64,000 nucleotides of DNA. Origin: the human T2T-CHM13v2.0 reference genome, Homo sapiens. Numbering within the stretch: the first letter of the stretch is position 1; every line of letters begins with the position of its first letter. The DNA is taken from the NCBI RefSeq assembly GCF_009914755.1, contig NC_060931.1, one strand, 5' to 3'. Positions 59,592 to 64,000 of the stretch are shown in pieces. The notes under the pieces were generated by a model, which saw only the letters and a program-made list of their open reading frames with translations, was not told the origin of the DNA and did no database searches. Both the position numbers and the translations under genes were made by a program.

Positions 59592-62440
59592 ATATATATA
59601 TTTTTATACATAGACTCACTGATGTTATGTTTTCTTTCAGTAATTATTGCTTTAAGATTTTTCTATCAAATCAACTTTTGGGATTTAAATGTTTTTTGCT
59701 TATGTTTTAATTTATTATGCACTAAATAGCTGTGTGATGTATTACCTAGAAAGAAATTTTCTCAATAAATGATTTTATCTTTATGTCTAAGTGTTATACA
59801 TTTTTATATTATTTCTTTCAATAATTTTTTTCAAAGCTAAGAAAGTTATTTTAAAGATTAGATAATATTAAATTTATCTTCTAGCAATTTAGAATTCTTA
59901 TTTTCATGTTGAATTTTTCTGGAATTTAGAGTAAACTCCTTTCTCAGTTCCATTTTTCAAAGGCAAGAATACAATTCTGTAGCATTTAGAAAAATAATTT
60001 TGAAAGAAGCGGTTTTTTATTTTAATGACATGAATTAAAGGAGATACAGCTTGAATGATCAACGGAGAGAAGTAGGAAAATATTTACAAATGGCAATTTA
60101 TTTTAATTGGTGATAGATTTATTAAGTGGGAATAAGTAAAAGCAAGAAAATTCAAGGGGTTTTTGTTTGCAGTAAGATCATTAAAAACATCCATGTCTAA
60201 AAATTAGTCCCAAGAAAATCTTTACAGAAGCAACCCATTTTACACTAAGATTTTAACAGTTTCTTGATTAGATTAACACAATTCCCTAAATGTCAGCAGG
60301 AATTCGCCTAAATGATAGTCATTGTTAGAAAAGTTAATTTTTAGAGCTATGTAAGGATAAAAAGAGATGAAGAAATGATGATGGAATTTAGAAAAGGTGC
60401 TTTTGTTGACTATGAATTTTTTACCTACTTGTCAAACACTCTAATACACCAATTTTCATATTAAAATAAACCTATGGTGTATTATCATTTGTATTTTATA
60501 GACGAAATTGAGGTTTAGTATTTAAGCAACTATGCTCACATCATACAAAGTGTCAGAGTCCCTATTTAAATTCTAGTTTGCTTGAATGCAAAGCCTATTT
60601 TAAAAATCACTTTGCTGTACTATTTAAAAGCTTAAAACATGGACAAAAATGCTTTCATATGAACACTGCTGTATATAATTTTGCCTCATCTCCTACAAAT
60701 ATTCCAAATAAGGTTATAATTTGGACCTAAGTTTCTTAAACTTTGATAAAATGACAGTCCATCTGCACATTGATGAACATTTCATTCAAAAGAGATAAAC
60801 AACATTGGGCCCTTACGTGGCACATCTTGAGCATTATATAGTGAAAAGGTAACGATCTGGTATGGTACCTTCTCTCAGGGAATTTCCCTTCTATGTGGGT
60901 TAGTTAGGTAAATAAGTTCAAGATGATATTACAGATTGTAGTAAACAATTTTGGGGTGCTTAAGTTGTTGCCTGTGTTACTGACGACTTTCCGTATCTAA
61001 AGGGTTTGGGCCCTCATGCTGTGCGTCTTCTCTGTTAGCTACTACTGGTTCATCCTGTGGCCCACTAATTCTAGCAGGTTCAACCATTCTCTATCAGTAT
61101 GAGTTGAGCTCCGAATGCTAATGAATCCTTGCATATTGCTAGACCGTATAAGTAAACACAAGAGCTATATGGCAGTCATATGACAGTATGTGGCTGGAGA
61201 AAATGAAAAAACTGGTTTGCAAAGATAGAAAATCAAACAGAAATGAATAAGAAGCCAAGATGAGCGACTGAGAAAGAAAATCCAATATATTCTTTCATAT
61301 CCAGTCTTTTTTTCTGAGGGTGATTACATTCATTTTCTATTTCTATAATTACCCCTTAACATTTGGCAGAATTGTTGCCACTGAAATAAAAGTCTCAAAT
61401 AATACATACCATAATAAGAGAATGTCCTGGATACAGAAGGCAGCAAAAAGGATACTGTTGTCAGTTTATTGTGGGTGAGGACTGGGGAACAGGAAGGACT
61501 TCATTGTTAGCTGAATTTTGAATGATGAGCTGGGTTTATCAGTTGAACAGACTAGGAAGTTGGGAAGAGAATTCTAAAGACAGTTTGATAAAAAAGCAAA
61601 GACCCATAAGGCTTGATGTGGTGACATGGTGACTCTGAACTCTTCCATCTGATAATCCTTGGTATCCTTAACCTGAATTGTTATGTTCCTGGCATGTGTA
61701 GACAGGGCATTGAAATAAATGTTTTCAGAGAAAAAAGCTTGGTTCATTAATTACATGGAAGTGCTGGCCCTGAAACTGAATGTTGGGTTCTAGTCAAGCA
61801 CAATGTACAGAAATAGGTCAAATGACTCTAGTGAGTTGAAGGGTACATGCATTTTTATATCTACAGAGGTGAAAAAAAAACCACACAGGTTTTCCATCAT
61901 TCATGGTCTCTGCGGACTTAATCTTCAAGCTTTGAAATATCTTGTTCTCCTTCAGTATCTGTATAAAAGCACCCATTTAAAAAATGAAATAGCTTTTCAG
62001 TTTACTCTACTATTATCTTAATTGTTGGAACTTGGAGTTTTTCCTTGGAGGTCAGCTTTGGTGAACTTGGTCCACTGCTGTGTCCTGGCCAGACTTTGCA
62101 TCTTTACCAGCTATTGAAGTGCTATTCCCAGGTGGGAAGGAATCATGGCAACTCCTCAGCAGTCTGCAGTAATCCAGCTCCCAGAGCAGCCAAGTCATTG
62201 CTCTACCAGCCATGAGAATAGCATTCCAGAATTACCTTTATTCCCAGCTTTTCCATGGTCGACACCTGGCTCAGTTACTAATAGGAAGAATCTGACTGAA
62301 CGTTCCAGGGCCCAGGTGAATTTTTTTTTTTTTTTTAAGAGCAGAAGAAGCTGAAATATATGAAAGCAGCCAAATAACAGTAAGATCCTGGTCTCTAATA
62401 TATTTTACTCCATTCCACAGAGTATGATGTGGCAAGATAA

Positions 62441-62791
<351 letters not shown>

Positions 62792-64000
62792 AAACTTTTT
62801 AATAGAATAATGCAGCTGACTTATGCTGTGAAAGGCAGCCAAGAGAGAAAGGTTTTATATTTTACAATGGCTCTACTCTTAAGTATCTATCCCATCCCAT
62901 CTAGTGATTCACTGAATTTCCATTGAACAGCAGCAGAGCCTCTTATGTAACTCCTTCAAGTTAGAGCCTGGAGCCCTAGGGTCAAGGACGACCAGTAGAG
63001 GAGGCTCAAGGGGCATGAAAGAAAGCGAGGAGAGTATTCAGAGTGAAGTAGCTATTTTTTAGGCATAAAGGGTGCATTTGTAAGGAGTGAAGGAAATATC
63101 TGTGCATTCTTGTTACTTTGTGTGCTTCAGTGGCTATCTAGTACAAATGTATTTGTTCTGATAATGCACTGCACTACGGGTCCTCCCAGACATTTTGGAA
63201 CTGAAAAAGGAATATACTGCTCTTCTTCCATTACACAATCTCATTCTTGTCTTTGTTTTCAATCTGTGTTTTGCCCCTGCTCTATAGGAATGTTTATGCT
63301 CTGAGCTGATTTGTTGATAGTTCTTAGATACATCAGAGATTTCTAGTTAATCATTCTTTATGCAAAAGATTCTGTTTTGGAAATTTATAATGTATATTTA
63401 TTATTGGCAGGTACATGAATTTAACATTTTTATAAATATTGGTAAATTTCTCTCCAAATAGGTAGTACCTATTGAACATAAATGTAATTTAAATTGAATT
63501 TACCGTTAAGAGTGCTGATGAGAATACTTCAGTCTTATTGCCATTTAAAAGCTATATGATATCCAACTAAAATGTTTGCTAATCTAGCGGTAATTTTTGT
63601 TAATCTGATTCTAGTTTTAATTTGCGTTTCTTTAATGTCATGAGTTTTAGTATTGTTTGAAATGTTTATAAGCTACTTCTGTTTTTCTTTGTGTTTGCCT
63701 TTTGTGGTTACATTTTTATGCTCTTTATAGGATTTCCGATTACATTTTTGTTTTTTCTTATTGGTTTGTAAGAGTTTTCTGTATGTTAAAGAAATATATC
63801 TTTTATCTGTCATATTGTTACAAATATTTTTTCTTTGGTTGTTTTATCTTTGACTTATGGATATATACCCTAGTAAAAATCTACTAAGATTAATAAGAGA
63901 AGATGATAAGCTAGCTGGATAAAGAATAACCTTACAAAACTCATACGTCTTATCTATACTGAAAACAGTTTGTTTGAATTGAAAATGAAAAACAATAAAA

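Overview
Repeat-rich mammalian genomic DNA, almost certainly human, because it carries a diagnostic AluYb8. I found no intact protein-coding gene or recognisable exon. The window holds two processed pseudogenes on the + strand: a full-length EI24 retrocopy (~51.6-53.9 kb) and a KPNA2/importin-alpha1 retrocopy with a large internal deletion (~56.6-58.0 kb). The background is about a dozen Alus (J, S, Y, Yb8, Yd), a near full-length old L1 (~41.9-49.4 kb), a 5'-inverted young L1PA, MaLR/ERVL LTRs and internal fragments, hAT MITEs, and MIR/L2 relics. I see no evidence of a novel biological system. The most interesting signals are mutational and retrotranspositional events readable in the sequence: an L1 3'-transduction candidate, two twin-priming inversions, an inverted templated insertion inside an Alu, a microhomology deletion in the KPNA2 copy, and local duplications. 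Repeat subfamily calls and parent-gene comparisons come from recalled consensus sequences, not from a database search.
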